From positions 1,472,001-1,536,000 of the forward strand of contig CAXXFL010000001.1 in assembly GCA_963674965.2 (NCBI GenBank): DNA of 64,000 bases, read 5' to 3'. The notes under the pieces are model-generated. The model ran no database searches, had not been told where the DNA came from, and saw nothing but the letters and a program-made list of their open reading frames with translations. Within the stretch, counting starts at the first letter, position 1. Each line of letters opens with the position of its first letter. The position numbers and the translations under genes were made by a program. This document shows positions 39,478 through 48,499 of the stretch, one piece after another. This DNA is from a bacterium. Its GTDB lineage: Bacteria; RBG-13-61-14; DATKZS01.

Positions 39478-39495
39478 GTATAAAGAGGTGTTGAT

Positions 39496-40809
39496 TTGAA
39501 TATCTGCGTGATCGGGACCGGATACGTTGGACTGGTGGCTGGCACCTGCCTGGCCGAGAGCGGCAACGAGGTCGTTTGCGTCGACGTTGACGAGTCCAAG
39601 ATTAACAAGCTTAAAAAGGGCGAGTCGCCCATTTACGAGCGGGGCCTCGAGGAATTGCTCGAGAGGAACGTCAAAGAGGGCCGGCTCAGGTTCTCGACCA
39701 GGCTCGAGGAGGGCGTGCCCGAGGCGGAGGTGGTTTTCATCGCGGTGGGAACGCCACCCGGCGAGGACGGGGCCGCCGACCTGTCGGCCATCTTCGCGGT
39801 GGCCGAGGGAGTGGCGGACCTCGTGTCCGATGGGACGGTGGTGGTGATAAAGTCCACCGTCCCAGTGGGAACCACCGAGCGCGTTGGGGAGACGATCGCC
39901 GGGCGGACCAAGGCTTCCTTCGACATGGTCATGAACCCGGAGTTCATGAAGGAGGGAGCGGCGGTTGACGATTTCATGAAGCCCGACCGGGTGGTCTTAG
40001 GCACGAAAAGCGAAAAAGCCGCCAAGCTGATGACCGAGCTTTACGAGCCCTTCGTCAGGACGGAAAAGCCCATCCTGGTCATGGAACCCAACAGCGCGGA
40101 GATGACCAAGTACGCGGCCAACTCCCTTTTGGCCACCAAAATTAGTTTCATCAACGAGATAGCCTCGATTTGCGAGAGCCTGGACGCGGACGTGAACGAC
40201 GTGAGACGGGGCATCGGTTTCGACGCCCGCATCGGTTTCCAGTTCCTGTTTCCGGGCCTAGGCTATGGCGGCTCCTGTTTTCCCAAGGACGTGGACGCCC
40301 TGGTAAGGACCGCGTCCGCCTCGGGCGCCGAGCCGGCCGTTCTCAAGGCGGTCCAGCTAGTCAACCGGGCCCAGCGTGAGAGGATGGCCGCCCGTATCCT
40401 CGGGCATTTTCCCGATGGGATCAAGGACCCCATCGCCATCTGGGGGCTCTCTTTCAAGCCCCAGACCGACGACGTCCGCGAGGCGCCGTCCCTGGATATA
40501 ATCCGGGCCCTGCTTAAAGCCGGGGCCGAGGTCCGGGCCTACGACCCGGTGGCTGGAGAGAACGCGGAAAAGGAACTGGGAGACCAGGTCATCTTCTGCG
40601 ATACGGCTTATGAGGCCCTGGGCGGAGCGGTGGCCCTGGTCATCGTTACCGAGTGGAACGAGTTTCGCCGTCCCAATTTCAAGCGCATGAAAAGCCTGAT
40701 GAAGAGCCCGGTAATCTTCGACGGCAGAAACCTTTACGATCCCGCGTCCATGGCCGAGCGGGGCTTTACCTATTTCTCGGTCGGCCGAAGAACGGTCCGC
40801 CCGGAATAG
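39496..40809 (+). CDS. ugd: UDP-glucose 6-dehydrogenase
   Basis: GTGYVG, IAVGTP, KSTVPVG, NPEF.KEG, KYAAN, GYGGSCFPKD, FKPQTDD. Confidence 0.95.
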   Translation: MNICVIGTGYVGLVAGTCLAESGNEVVCVDVDESKINKLKKGESPIYERGLEELLERNVKEGRLRFSTRLEEGVPEAEVVFIAVGTPPGEDGAADLSAIFAVAEGVADLVSDGTVVVIKSTVPVGTTERVGETIAGRTKASFDMVMNPEFMKEGAAVDDFMKPDRVVLGTKSEKAAKLMTELYEPFVRTEKPILVMEPNSAEMTKYAANSLLATKISFINEIASICESLDADVNDVRRGIGFDARIGFQFLFPGLGYGGSCFPKDVDALVRTASASGAEPAVLKAVQLVNRAQRERMAARILGHFPDGIKDPIAIWGLSFKPQTDDVREAPSLDIIRALLKAGAEVRAYDPVAGENAEKELGDQVIFCDTAYEALGGAVALVIVTEWNEFRRPNFKRMKSLMKSPVIFDGRNLYDPASMAERGFTYFSVGRRTVRPE

Positions 40810-40878
40810 GCGCGGGCGGGGCAATATTATTATCCTCATCCGCGGGATGCCTTCTTTATTTTGAAAGGACCTTATTAA

Positions 40879-41817
40879 ATGTCTAAAAAGCGAGCGTTGA
40901 TAACGGGGGGGGCCGGGTTTATCGGGTCCCATTTATGCGAGCGTTTCCTTGACGAGGGCTACAAGGTCCTTTGTTACGACAACCTTTTAACGGGCGAGAT
41001 GGACAATATTGCTCACTTGTTCGCGAACCCGGACTTTTGCTTTTTCAAGCAGGACGTGACCAATTACATTCACGTGAAGGGGGACTTGCATTACATCCTG
41101 CATTTCGCGTCACCCGCCTCTCCCATCGATTATCTCGAGCTTCCCATCCAGACCATGAAGGTGGGCAGTTTGGGAACGCACAAGGCCCTGGGCCTTGCCC
41201 TGGACAAGGGCGCGCGTCTTCTCCTTGCCAGCACCTCCGAGGTTTACGGCGACCCGCTGGTGCATCCGCAAAAGGAGGACTACTGGGGACACGTGAACCC
41301 CATCGGGCCAAGGGGAGTATATGACGAGGCCAAGCGCTTTTCCGAGGCCATGGTGATGGGGTATCACAGACATCACGGGGTCGAGACTCGCATCGTGCGC
41401 ATCTTCAACACCTTCGGTCCCCGGATGAGGAAAAGGGACGGCCGGGTGGTGCCCACCTTTATCGACCAGGCCCTGCGGGGCGAGGACCTTACCGTCTTCG
41501 GCGACGGGTCCCAGACCCGGAGCTTCTGTTACGTCTCCGACTTGGTGGAGGGCATATTCAGGCTGCTGCTTTGCGACTACGACCAGCCCGTCAACGTGGG
41601 CAACCCGGCGGAGATGACCATTTTGGACTTCGCCAGAAAAATCGTGGAGATGACGGGAACGTCCTCGAGGATAGTCTTCAAGGACCTGCCGGTGGACGAC
41701 CCCAAACAGAGGAAGCCGGATATATCCCTGGCCAAAAAGATACTAGACTGGGAGCCAAAGGTCGATCTCGAGTCCGGACTTAAACTTACCATCGACTGGT
41801 TCAAGGAAAAAGCCTGA
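40879..41817 (+). CDS. UDP-glucuronate decarboxylase (UDP-xylose synthase family)
   Basis: [65 protein letters not shown]. Confidence 0.92.
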   Translation: MSKKRALITGGAGFIGSHLCERFLDEGYKVLCYDNLLTGEMDNIAHLFANPDFCFFKQDVTNYIHVKGDLHYILHFASPASPIDYLELPIQTMKVGSLGTHKALGLALDKGARLLLASTSEVYGDPLVHPQKEDYWGHVNPIGPRGVYDEAKRFSEAMVMGYHRHHGVETRIVRIFNTFGPRMRKRDGRVVPTFIDQALRGEDLTVFGDGSQTRSFCYVSDLVEGIFRLLLCDYDQPVNVGNPAEMTILDFARKIVEMTGTSSRIVFKDLPVDDPKQRKPDISLAKKILDWEPKVDLESGLKLTIDWFKEKA

Positions 41818-41827
41818 CGATCGAGGA

Positions 41828-42343
41828 TCAGGCCTTGTAGTTGAAGGTCTCGAACCTGTCCCGCCTGGCGCGGCACACGGGGCATTCGTCCGGCGGGACC
41901 TCCCTGCCGCAAAGATAACCGCATACCTTACAGCGCCAGGCCTTAAGCCCCGCGGCCTCGGGGTCTTCCCTTCGCTTCCTGCTCAACTCGAGCCGCTCCT
42001 CCTTGTCGAGCCTTCGCTCGGGAATGCTCGCGACCTCCCTTTTGCCGTCCACCACGTCCCGGGTCACGTAAAGAGAACAGTAACAGGCGCCGTACTCGAA
42101 CAGGTCCATGTCCCGATAGTCGCACGGGCAGATAACGTCGAGGTCCTCGAACTTGTCCCCCTCCAGAAGGCGGCAGGGACATCCCATGTAGCCGAAGCGC
42201 TCCATGTTCTGGACCATGCCCCCCATCAGGCTGACGACCATTTCATCGTCCGGGTTAAGGTGGTATCCGCCCGCCTCGGCTTCCCTTTCCAGTCTGGCCT
42301 TAAGGCGAAGCGCGGACTCGAGGACCGCTTTTTCATCCATCAT
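41828..42343 (-). CDS. Ferredoxin:thioredoxin reductase catalytic domain fused to a rubredoxin-like domain (FDR type)
   Basis: CPCR...ICPC...GACYCSLY, then WRCKVCGY....PPDECPVC; ATGA overlap with the glutaredoxin gene. Confidence 0.9.
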   Translation of the reverse strand: MMDEKAVLESALRLKARLEREAEAGGYHLNPDDEMVVSLMGGMVQNMERFGYMGCPCRLLEGDKFEDLDVICPCDYRDMDLFEYGACYCSLYVTRDVVDGKREVASIPERRLDKEERLELSRKRREDPEAAGLKAWRCKVCGYLCGREVPPDECPVCRARRDRFETFNYKA

Positions 42344-42600
42344 CCGAGGCATTCCTCCAACTCTTCCACCTTGTAGCCCTGGATTACCCTCGCTCCGTCG
42401 TTAACGATCACCACGGGAAAGGAAAGTCTGGAAACGAACTGAAGCACCCTGTCCTTGATCCGCTCGCGCTCTTCCCCCTGGGTCAGGTCCACGTAGACGG
42501 ACTCGTAGTCAATCCGGTTGTCGTCCAGCCACTGCTTAGTCTTCTTGCACCACCCGCAGGTGCTGAGTCCATAAAACTCAACCTTGGAGTTCCCGGCCAT
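42340..42600 (-). CDS. Glutaredoxin/NrdH-like redoxin
   Basis: LSTCGWCKKTK, SFPVV, IQGY; AAGGAGG RBS. Confidence 0.9.
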   Translation of the reverse strand: MAGNSKVEFYGLSTCGWCKKTKQWLDDNRIDYESVYVDLTQGEERERIKDRVLQFVSRLSFPVVIVNDGARVIQGYKVEELEECLG

Positions 42601-42923
42601 AACTTCCTCCTTTTCTTGTTGCCCTCGAACCAAAAAGCACGCTCTTCAACGAGTTCTATTATAGACGCCCGCTTGAAGATTCGGTTTCAATAATACGGCA
42701 ACTTGGCGGGAAAGCACAAGAGACCGCGGGGAGCGGGGCAAAGAAAACTCGAAAGACCGGACGGGCGTGGCGCCATATCCTTGAACTCACGCCCTCCCGC
42801 ATGTCATACAGGATATATCTTGGCCAATATGCAATTTTTATACTTTGCCTTTGGCTCGGTCTTGACATTCGGGAACTCTTTGGCAAGAATAAGTATGTAA
42901 GCAGGATTAAAGACGAGGTTTCA

Positions 42924-43343
42924 ATGGAAATAATCGAATGTAAAGAATGCGGCGCCCGTTTGATACCGGAGTTGCCCTTCTGCCCGAAATGCGGGGCCGA
43001 CGCCGGCATCGAGATACCCACCGACGTGCGATGCGAATGCGGCTTTCTCCTTTGCAAGCTCTCGGAGGACGCCATCGAGGTCAAGTGTCGCCGGTGCAAG
43101 CGCCTGGTTTACGTGCCCATCGACGACGTGCCCGCCCGGTTCGAGCGCAACAAGAAGATGGAGGAGAAGCGCTCCCAATTCGTTCCCCGGAGCAGCCATC
43201 CGAGGGAGCCGAGGCCGGCCGGCGACCACAAGGGTCAGTATTGCTCGGTATGCGGGAAATACAAGCCCAACGTGGTTTACGGCAAATGCCTTGACTGCCG
43301 CACCGAGTCGATCAAGATACAGTACCGCACCAGGACGAGGTGA
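42924..43343 (+). CDS. Multi zinc-ribbon protein with a central Mu Com-like finger
   Basis: CKEC..CPKC; VRCECGFLLC...IEVKCRRCK; CSVC...CLDC. GAGG RBS. Confidence 0.7.
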   Translation: MEIIECKECGARLIPELPFCPKCGADAGIEIPTDVRCECGFLLCKLSEDAIEVKCRRCKRLVYVPIDDVPARFERNKKMEEKRSQFVPRSSHPREPRPAGDHKGQYCSVCGKYKPNVVYGKCLDCRTESIKIQYRTRTR

Positions 43344-43511
43344 TCTCGGACGCAACACCGTACTGGGCTTTGGATGGGTACCATCAAGCCTTCCAGCATG
43401 ACTCCACTTCACGATCGCCAATGACGGACGCTTGCCGGGTTTTTACCGCTTTCACGCTTATTCACGGGCCTTTTGACGCGGCGCCATAGCCGCGTCCATG
43501 CGCCGCTCGCC

Positions 43512-45230
43512 TCAATACCCGCCTCCGCCGCCGGAGAACTCCTCGAGGGGAAGATCGGTCTTGCCGATGGCGGCCAGGGCCACCGAGCCCGGGCTAATCA
43601 CGTCGCGCTCGGCGATGACGTTGACCAGGGCCGGTTTTCCCGAGTCCACGGCCCGTTGCAGGGCGGGCTTTATGTCCTCGGGTTTTTCGACCTCCTCGCC
43701 GTGGCCTCCAAGGGCCTCGACCAGCTTGTGGTAAGGAACGTAGCCAAGGTCGGTGCAGGGATGGCGGTCCATGCCGAAGCGGAGCTGGTGGCTATGCCTG
43801 ATCATGCCCCAGGCCTGGTCGTTGTTTACTATGACCACGATGGGAAGGTTGAGCCTCACGGCCGTGTGAAACTCCATGAAGTTGAAACCGAGCGACCCGT
43901 CGCCAACCACCGCGAACACCCGCCGCTCGGGCTCGAGCATCTTGGCCGCGGCCGCGTAGGGCAGTCCCACTCCCAAGCAGCCGAAGAGCCCCGACTCGAT
44001 GGAGCCGCCGGGACGGTGATTGGTCCGGACCATGTTCATCCAGATCGAGGTGTCGCCTCCATCGAGGGCCAGGGTGTCCTCCGGCTGAAGGAACTCGTCG
44101 ATCTCCTTCATCAGCCGGGCCGGATGAATAGGCGTCTGGTCCGAGCCGCTTTGCGCCGCGAAGGACGCCAGCGACGCGGCCGCCGCCCCGTCCAGGGCCT
44201 CGCGCCAGGGCGCGTATTTTTGCGGGTCGGCCTTGCCCTCGAGAAGGTCCGCCAGTTGGGTAAGGGCCCGTCCGGCGTCGCCCACCAAAGCCACGTCCGC
44301 CGGCCGGTTGCGGTCCACCTCCTCGGGGTCGATGTTGATATGCACGATTTTGGCGCCCGCGTTAAAGAGCTTGCCGTGAGCGTAGAAGAGGCTGACCCTG
44401 GTCCCGCATAAAATAACGAGGTCGCTCTGGGACAGCCCGAAAAGGGCCGCTCCCGGACGGATGGCCAGGGAAGGCCCGTAGCAAAGGGGATGGGAGTCGG
44501 GCAGACATCCCTTTCCCATGGAGGCGGTGAAGCAGGGAACGCCCGAGGTCTCGACGAAGCGTTTAAGCTGCTCCATGGCCTTGGCCATCCATACTCCCGA
44601 GCCGGCCACGATGATGGGCTTCTCGGCGGCGAGGACCGCCTGGGCCACTTCCTTAGCCGCGGCCGGGTCGGCCGCGGGGGGCGAGGGCTCGGTAACCTTG
44701 CCCCAGCTTATATATTGCTCGTCAACCTGGGCGCCCAGAATATCGGTGGGTATCTCGACGTAGACCGGGCCCGGACGGCCCGAGCGGGCCCGGGTCATGG
44801 CCTCGTGGATCACCGCCGGGATGCGCTCGGGGTTCTCTACCCGGCGCGACCACTTGACCATCGGCTTGATCACCGAGTGCTGGTCCATTTCCTGAAGGTC
44901 AAGCCGCCCGACCATGTTGGTGGGAACCACGCCCGAGAGAACGACCATGGGAACGCCCGCCAACTGGGCGTTGGCCACTCCAGTTATGGCGTTGGTGAAG
45001 CCCGGTCCCGCCGTGACCAGGGCCACGCCGGGAAGGCCCGTCAGACGGGCCTGGGCGTCGGCCATCATCACCGAGGCCTGCTCGTGGCGGTTGTCGTAAA
45101 GGCTTATGTCCGAGTCCATAAGGGCGTCGGTAATATGCGAGATATGACCGCCCCCGATGTGGAAAACGTGCGCCACCCGCTCCTCGGTTAACGCCTTGAC
45201 AACCATCTGACCGCCGTGAATTTTGCCCAT
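43512..45230 (-). CDS. ThDP-dependent enzyme, acetolactate-synthase-like/2-hydroxyacyl-CoA lyase-like clade
   Basis: GGGHI, RHEQ, TAGPGFTN, LQEMDQ, GRPGPV, DGGD, GCLGVG, GDGS...NN..W ThDP motif. Confidence 0.88.
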   Translation of the reverse strand: MGKIHGGQMVVKALTEERVAHVFHIGGGHISHITDALMDSDISLYDNRHEQASVMMADAQARLTGLPGVALVTAGPGFTNAITGVANAQLAGVPMVVLSGVVPTNMVGRLDLQEMDQHSVIKPMVKWSRRVENPERIPAVIHEAMTRARSGRPGPVYVEIPTDILGAQVDEQYISWGKVTEPSPPAADPAAAKEVAQAVLAAEKPIIVAGSGVWMAKAMEQLKRFVETSGVPCFTASMGKGCLPDSHPLCYGPSLAIRPGAALFGLSQSDLVILCGTRVSLFYAHGKLFNAGAKIVHINIDPEEVDRNRPADVALVGDAGRALTQLADLLEGKADPQKYAPWREALDGAAAASLASFAAQSGSDQTPIHPARLMKEIDEFLQPEDTLALDGGDTSIWMNMVRTNHRPGGSIESGLFGCLGVGLPYAAAAKMLEPERRVFAVVGDGSLGFNFMEFHTAVRLNLPIVVIVNNDQAWGMIRHSHQLRFGMDRHPCTDLGYVPYHKLVEALGGHGEEVEKPEDIKPALQRAVDSGKPALVNVIAERDVISPGSVALAAIGKTDLPLEEFSGGGGGY

Positions 45231-45427
45231 GACTACTCCTTTTTTTTATTTACCGCCCGGCCCCGCCGCCGGGACATGCGCCGGCAACGGGCTTTATTAC
45301 TCTTCATTTCTCGGCCGTCCGGCCCGGATAGGAATGCTCGGGGGATTGGCGAGGGCGGGACGGATAACGTAAAAAGCTTATCTTAAAAAGCCCGCCGGTC
45401 CAAGTTAAGGTTTTCATGGACCGGGAT

Positions 45428-46651
45428 TTATAATCGCGACCGTTCGTCCGGCGAGAGCGCCTCGTGGGTTTTCCTCGCGATCTCAAGCTCCTCGTTGGTC
45501 GGTATGACCAGCGCTTTCACGCGCGAGGCCGGCGAGCTTATCTCGCGGGCCTCATGGCCGGGCTTTTCGTTTTTCTCCCGGTCCAACTCTAGGCCGAGAC
45601 ACTCGAGGCCCTCGAGGCAGGCGGCCCTTATTTCCGGGGAGTTCTCGCCAATGCCGGCGGTGAAAACGACCGCGTCGGCCCCGCCCAGGGCGGCCATGTA
45701 GGCGCCGATGTATTTCTTGACCCGGTAGGCGTAGACCTCGAGGGCGAGGGCCGCGTCGCCGTCGCCCTTGGCCTTTCGGGCAAGGATTTCCCTTACGTCG
45801 TTCTCGCCGCAAAGTCCCTTCAGGCCGCTCCTTTTATTGAGGGCGTCGTTTATCTCGTCAAGACCCATGCCCGCGTTCGAGGCAAGGTGGAAGACTATCG
45901 AGGGATCGACGTCGCCCGATCTCGTTCCCATGACCAGCCCCTCGAGCGGCGTCATGCCCATGGAGGTGTCGATGCATTTGCCCTTTTTGATCGCGGCCAT
46001 GCTGGCGCCGTTTCCCAGGTGTATGGTTATTAGCGAGACTTCATCCGGCTTTTTGCCCAGCATCCGGGCCGCCAGTTCCGAGACGTGTCCGTGCGACGAG
46101 CCGTGGAAGCCGTAGCGCCTTATCCCGAACTCGATGTATAACTCCGGGGGCAGGGCGTAGCGAAAGGCCCGGGCGGGCATGGTCTGGTGAAAGGCCGTGT
46201 CGAATACCGCCACGTGAACGGCCTTGTCGAACACGGACATGGCCACCTCGATACCGACCAGGTTGACCGGGTTGTGAAGAGGGGCGAGGGCAAAGTTACG
46301 TTTGATGGCTTCGATGACGCGGCCATCGATGATGGCGGGTCTTACGAAGTCCTCCCCCCCGTGGACCACGCGATGTCCAACCGCCTCGACCTCGGAGGCT
46401 GCGGTTAGCACTCCCGTCTCCGGGTCCGTGAGCGCGTCCGCCACCAGCCTCATCCCGCTCCGATGGTCGGGCGCGAGCCTTTCACCGGACTTTTGCCTCA
46501 CCTCGCCGTCGCGAAGGAAGGTCGCCGTGAGGGCGCTGGTTTCCTCCCCGATCCTCTCGAGCACGCCCGAGGCAAGGACTAGGTTTCCCGCCATGTCGAA
46601 AAGCCGGTACTTGATCGAGGAGCTTCCCGTGTTGATAACCAGTATTTTCAT
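45428..46651 (-). CDS. ackA: Acetate kinase
   Basis: INTGSSSIK, GHRVVHGG, APLHNP, FDTAFH, RRYGFHG, HLGNGAS, MGMTPLEG, FTAGIGEN, TNEE. Confidence 0.96.
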   Translation of the reverse strand: MKILVINTGSSSIKYRLFDMAGNLVLASGVLERIGEETSALTATFLRDGEVRQKSGERLAPDHRSGMRLVADALTDPETGVLTAASEVEAVGHRVVHGGEDFVRPAIIDGRVIEAIKRNFALAPLHNPVNLVGIEVAMSVFDKAVHVAVFDTAFHQTMPARAFRYALPPELYIEFGIRRYGFHGSSHGHVSELAARMLGKKPDEVSLITIHLGNGASMAAIKKGKCIDTSMGMTPLEGLVMGTRSGDVDPSIVFHLASNAGMGLDEINDALNKRSGLKGLCGENDVREILARKAKGDGDAALALEVYAYRVKKYIGAYMAALGGADAVVFTAGIGENSPEIRAACLEGLECLGLELDREKNEKPGHEAREISSPASRVKALVIPTNEELEIARKTHEALSPDERSRL

Positions 46652-46672
46652 GGCGGCCCTTCCCGCCCTTCT

Positions 46673-47545
46673 TTAGCTCGCCACCCGGGCGAACCCGGCC
46701 AGGGCCGTCTGGCCGCTCGCGTTAACGGCGTTGAAGCAAAGTACCGTCGAGTTTTTCTCGGGCCTCCTCTCGAGAAGGTTCACTTGAAAAGTCGTGCCCG
46801 GGATTATCATGCCGGTGAAGCGGCAGGCGATCTCCTTTAACCTGTCCGGGTCCTTGCCCGCTTCCCTCTCGACCAGTTCCCTGGCGCACATGGCGAGGGT
46901 GCAGGTGCCCTGCACAATTATATCCGGCAGACCCACGGCCCGGGCGAAGGCGGGCGAGGTGTGAATGGGAAAGACGACGTCCGAGCATCCGTCGTAAAGG
47001 TAAGGCGTCGCCCTGGTCGTCGGTACCGCGGCGGTCCACTCGGGCTCGGCTGCTTCACCGGCGACGGTCGGAATTACCTCTCGCTCTCCCGCGCTCTCAC
47101 CTTTCAGCTTAACGCCCCTGAACATGGCCCCGTTGTACTCGGTAAAAACGGGTTGGCCCTTTTTGTCCAGGGCCTCGATCCGCAGCACGAACAGGACGCC
47201 GGCCCGGGTCTGGATGACCGAGGAAACGCTTCCCCTTAGAAGTATCTCGTCTCCCGGCAGAACAAGCCGATGGAACACTATCCGCTCGGTGGCGTGGACC
47301 ATGGTCGAGACGACCTCCCCGGGTATGCGGTCGGAGAAGACCTCGTTCATGGCCATGGCCATGGGCCAGGTAAGGGCAACCGCGAAGAGGGGAGGGGCAA
47401 CGAGCCCGCCCTGTGACGAGTCGTCGAAGTAGCGGGGATTGTCCTCACCCGCGGCCGCCGCGTAGTTGGTGGTCATCCGCCATGTGACCTCCCGCCTGAT
47501 CTCGGGAAGCGCCGCCCCGTGGATGCTCGAGTCGAGTTCCGGCAT
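46673..47545 (-). CDS. Double hot-dog MaoC-like (R)-hydratase/dehydratase
   Basis: YA...GEDNP..F, APP.F, MVHA.E; second domain D..PIH....A..VGLPDII.QG, CRFT..I.PG. Confidence 0.82.
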   Translation of the reverse strand: MPELDSSIHGAALPEIRREVTWRMTTNYAAAAGEDNPRYFDDSSQGGLVAPPLFAVALTWPMAMAMNEVFSDRIPGEVVSTMVHATERIVFHRLVLPGDEILLRGSVSSVIQTRAGVLFVLRIEALDKKGQPVFTEYNGAMFRGVKLKGESAGEREVIPTVAGEAAEPEWTAAVPTTRATPYLYDGCSDVVFPIHTSPAFARAVGLPDIIVQGTCTLAMCARELVEREAGKDPDRLKEIACRFTGMIIPGTTFQVNLLERRPEKNSTVLCFNAVNASGQTALAGFARVAS

Positions 47546-47639
47546 ATACTATCCTCCTTATGGGCCACTGCCGACCCAAGCCAGGATACCATCGATATAT
47601 GGAGTTGAGAAGAACGGGAGGCGCGGGAAAAATTTTCCC

Positions 47640-48392
47640 TCACCAGCCCATTTTCGTAAGCCACCGATTGGTGAAGAAGTAAAGAAGACCCGAGGTGACG
47701 GCGTATGCCAGGACCACCAGCCAGAAGCCGGGAAGAACGGCGGCCTCGACGGCGAAAAGCGCGAGGGCCAGGACGGCGATCAATCCGAAGAACCTGTCCT
47801 TTTGTTTTTGAGGAGCCGCGGGCCACTGGTCGGCGTAGACCTCTCCCGACACGGCGTCCACCAGGGCCTTGTGAGCGGAGTTCTGGCAGGTATAGTCAAC
47901 CTCGTACATGGGAAGGTGAAGGAGGGTGGCCGACTGAAACTTGAGGCCCGGAGTATCCAGGAGTATAAGCCCCTCGGCGGCGGCCTCCTCCAAAAGCGCC
48001 TGGGGCTCGACGACCTTAAATGACTCCGTAAGTTCCGCGCTGTAAAGTTTCAACTCTCCGGCGGGCTGGGCTACCTTTCTGAGTCCCTCCAGGGGAGTCA
48101 TGGCGGCGGGCACGACCACCACTTTGCCGCCCGAGGTCTCGAGCTTCCAAAAGGGAAGATACGATATTTTATGGGTCGTTACCTCGACGGGGTCCTTTAT
48201 TTCCATGTAAGAGATTTTGCGCTGGATCACCGGTCCCAAGTCCGAGTCCGGCTTTTGCGCGACCATGTAATAATGCTTGATGGTGCGGTCGGTCTCGACG
48301 TAGAGCGCGGTCTCGCAATAGGGGCACCTTATAAAGTCGGAGTCTTCCTCGATGGGGACCTTGGCCCCGCACTGGGTGCATTTAATATCCAT
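47640..48392 (-). CDS. Zinc-ribbon membrane protein (YdjG-like architecture)
   Basis: CTQCGA...CPYC at the N-terminus, YLPFW and LP.Y internal repeats, VDAVSGEV, two C-terminal TM helices. Confidence 0.7.
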   Translation of the reverse strand: MDIKCTQCGAKVPIEEDSDFIRCPYCETALYVETDRTIKHYYMVAQKPDSDLGPVIQRKISYMEIKDPVEVTTHKISYLPFWKLETSGGKVVVVPAAMTPLEGLRKVAQPAGELKLYSAELTESFKVVEPQALLEEAAAEGLILLDTPGLKFQSATLLHLPMYEVDYTCQNSAHKALVDAVSGEVYADQWPAAPQKQKDRFFGLIAVLALALFAVEAAVLPGFWLVVLAYAVTSGLLYFFTNRWLTKMGW

Positions 48393-48499
48393 GTCGAGAA
48401 GGTCTGGTCTGGCTGGTGTCCTTTATTTTCGCGGCGCCCGCTCGGGACGGGCGGCCAATTCCGTCATCATCGAAAAACTATCAATTTCAAAGGCGTAAT

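Noticed and set aside
42700-42800. c-di-GMP-I riboswitch suggested by GGGCAAA...CGAAAG
   Set aside because: No paired stem around GAAA, no GACGCAAAGC junction and no second hairpin.
43475-43496. Intrinsic terminator between the convergent zinc-finger and ThDP genes
   Set aside because: An 8-bp stem exists, but no U-tract follows it on either strand.
45231-45427. TPP riboswitch before the ThDP enzyme
   Set aside because: The CTGAGA and AGCGTAGGGA-type core elements are absent on the coding strand.
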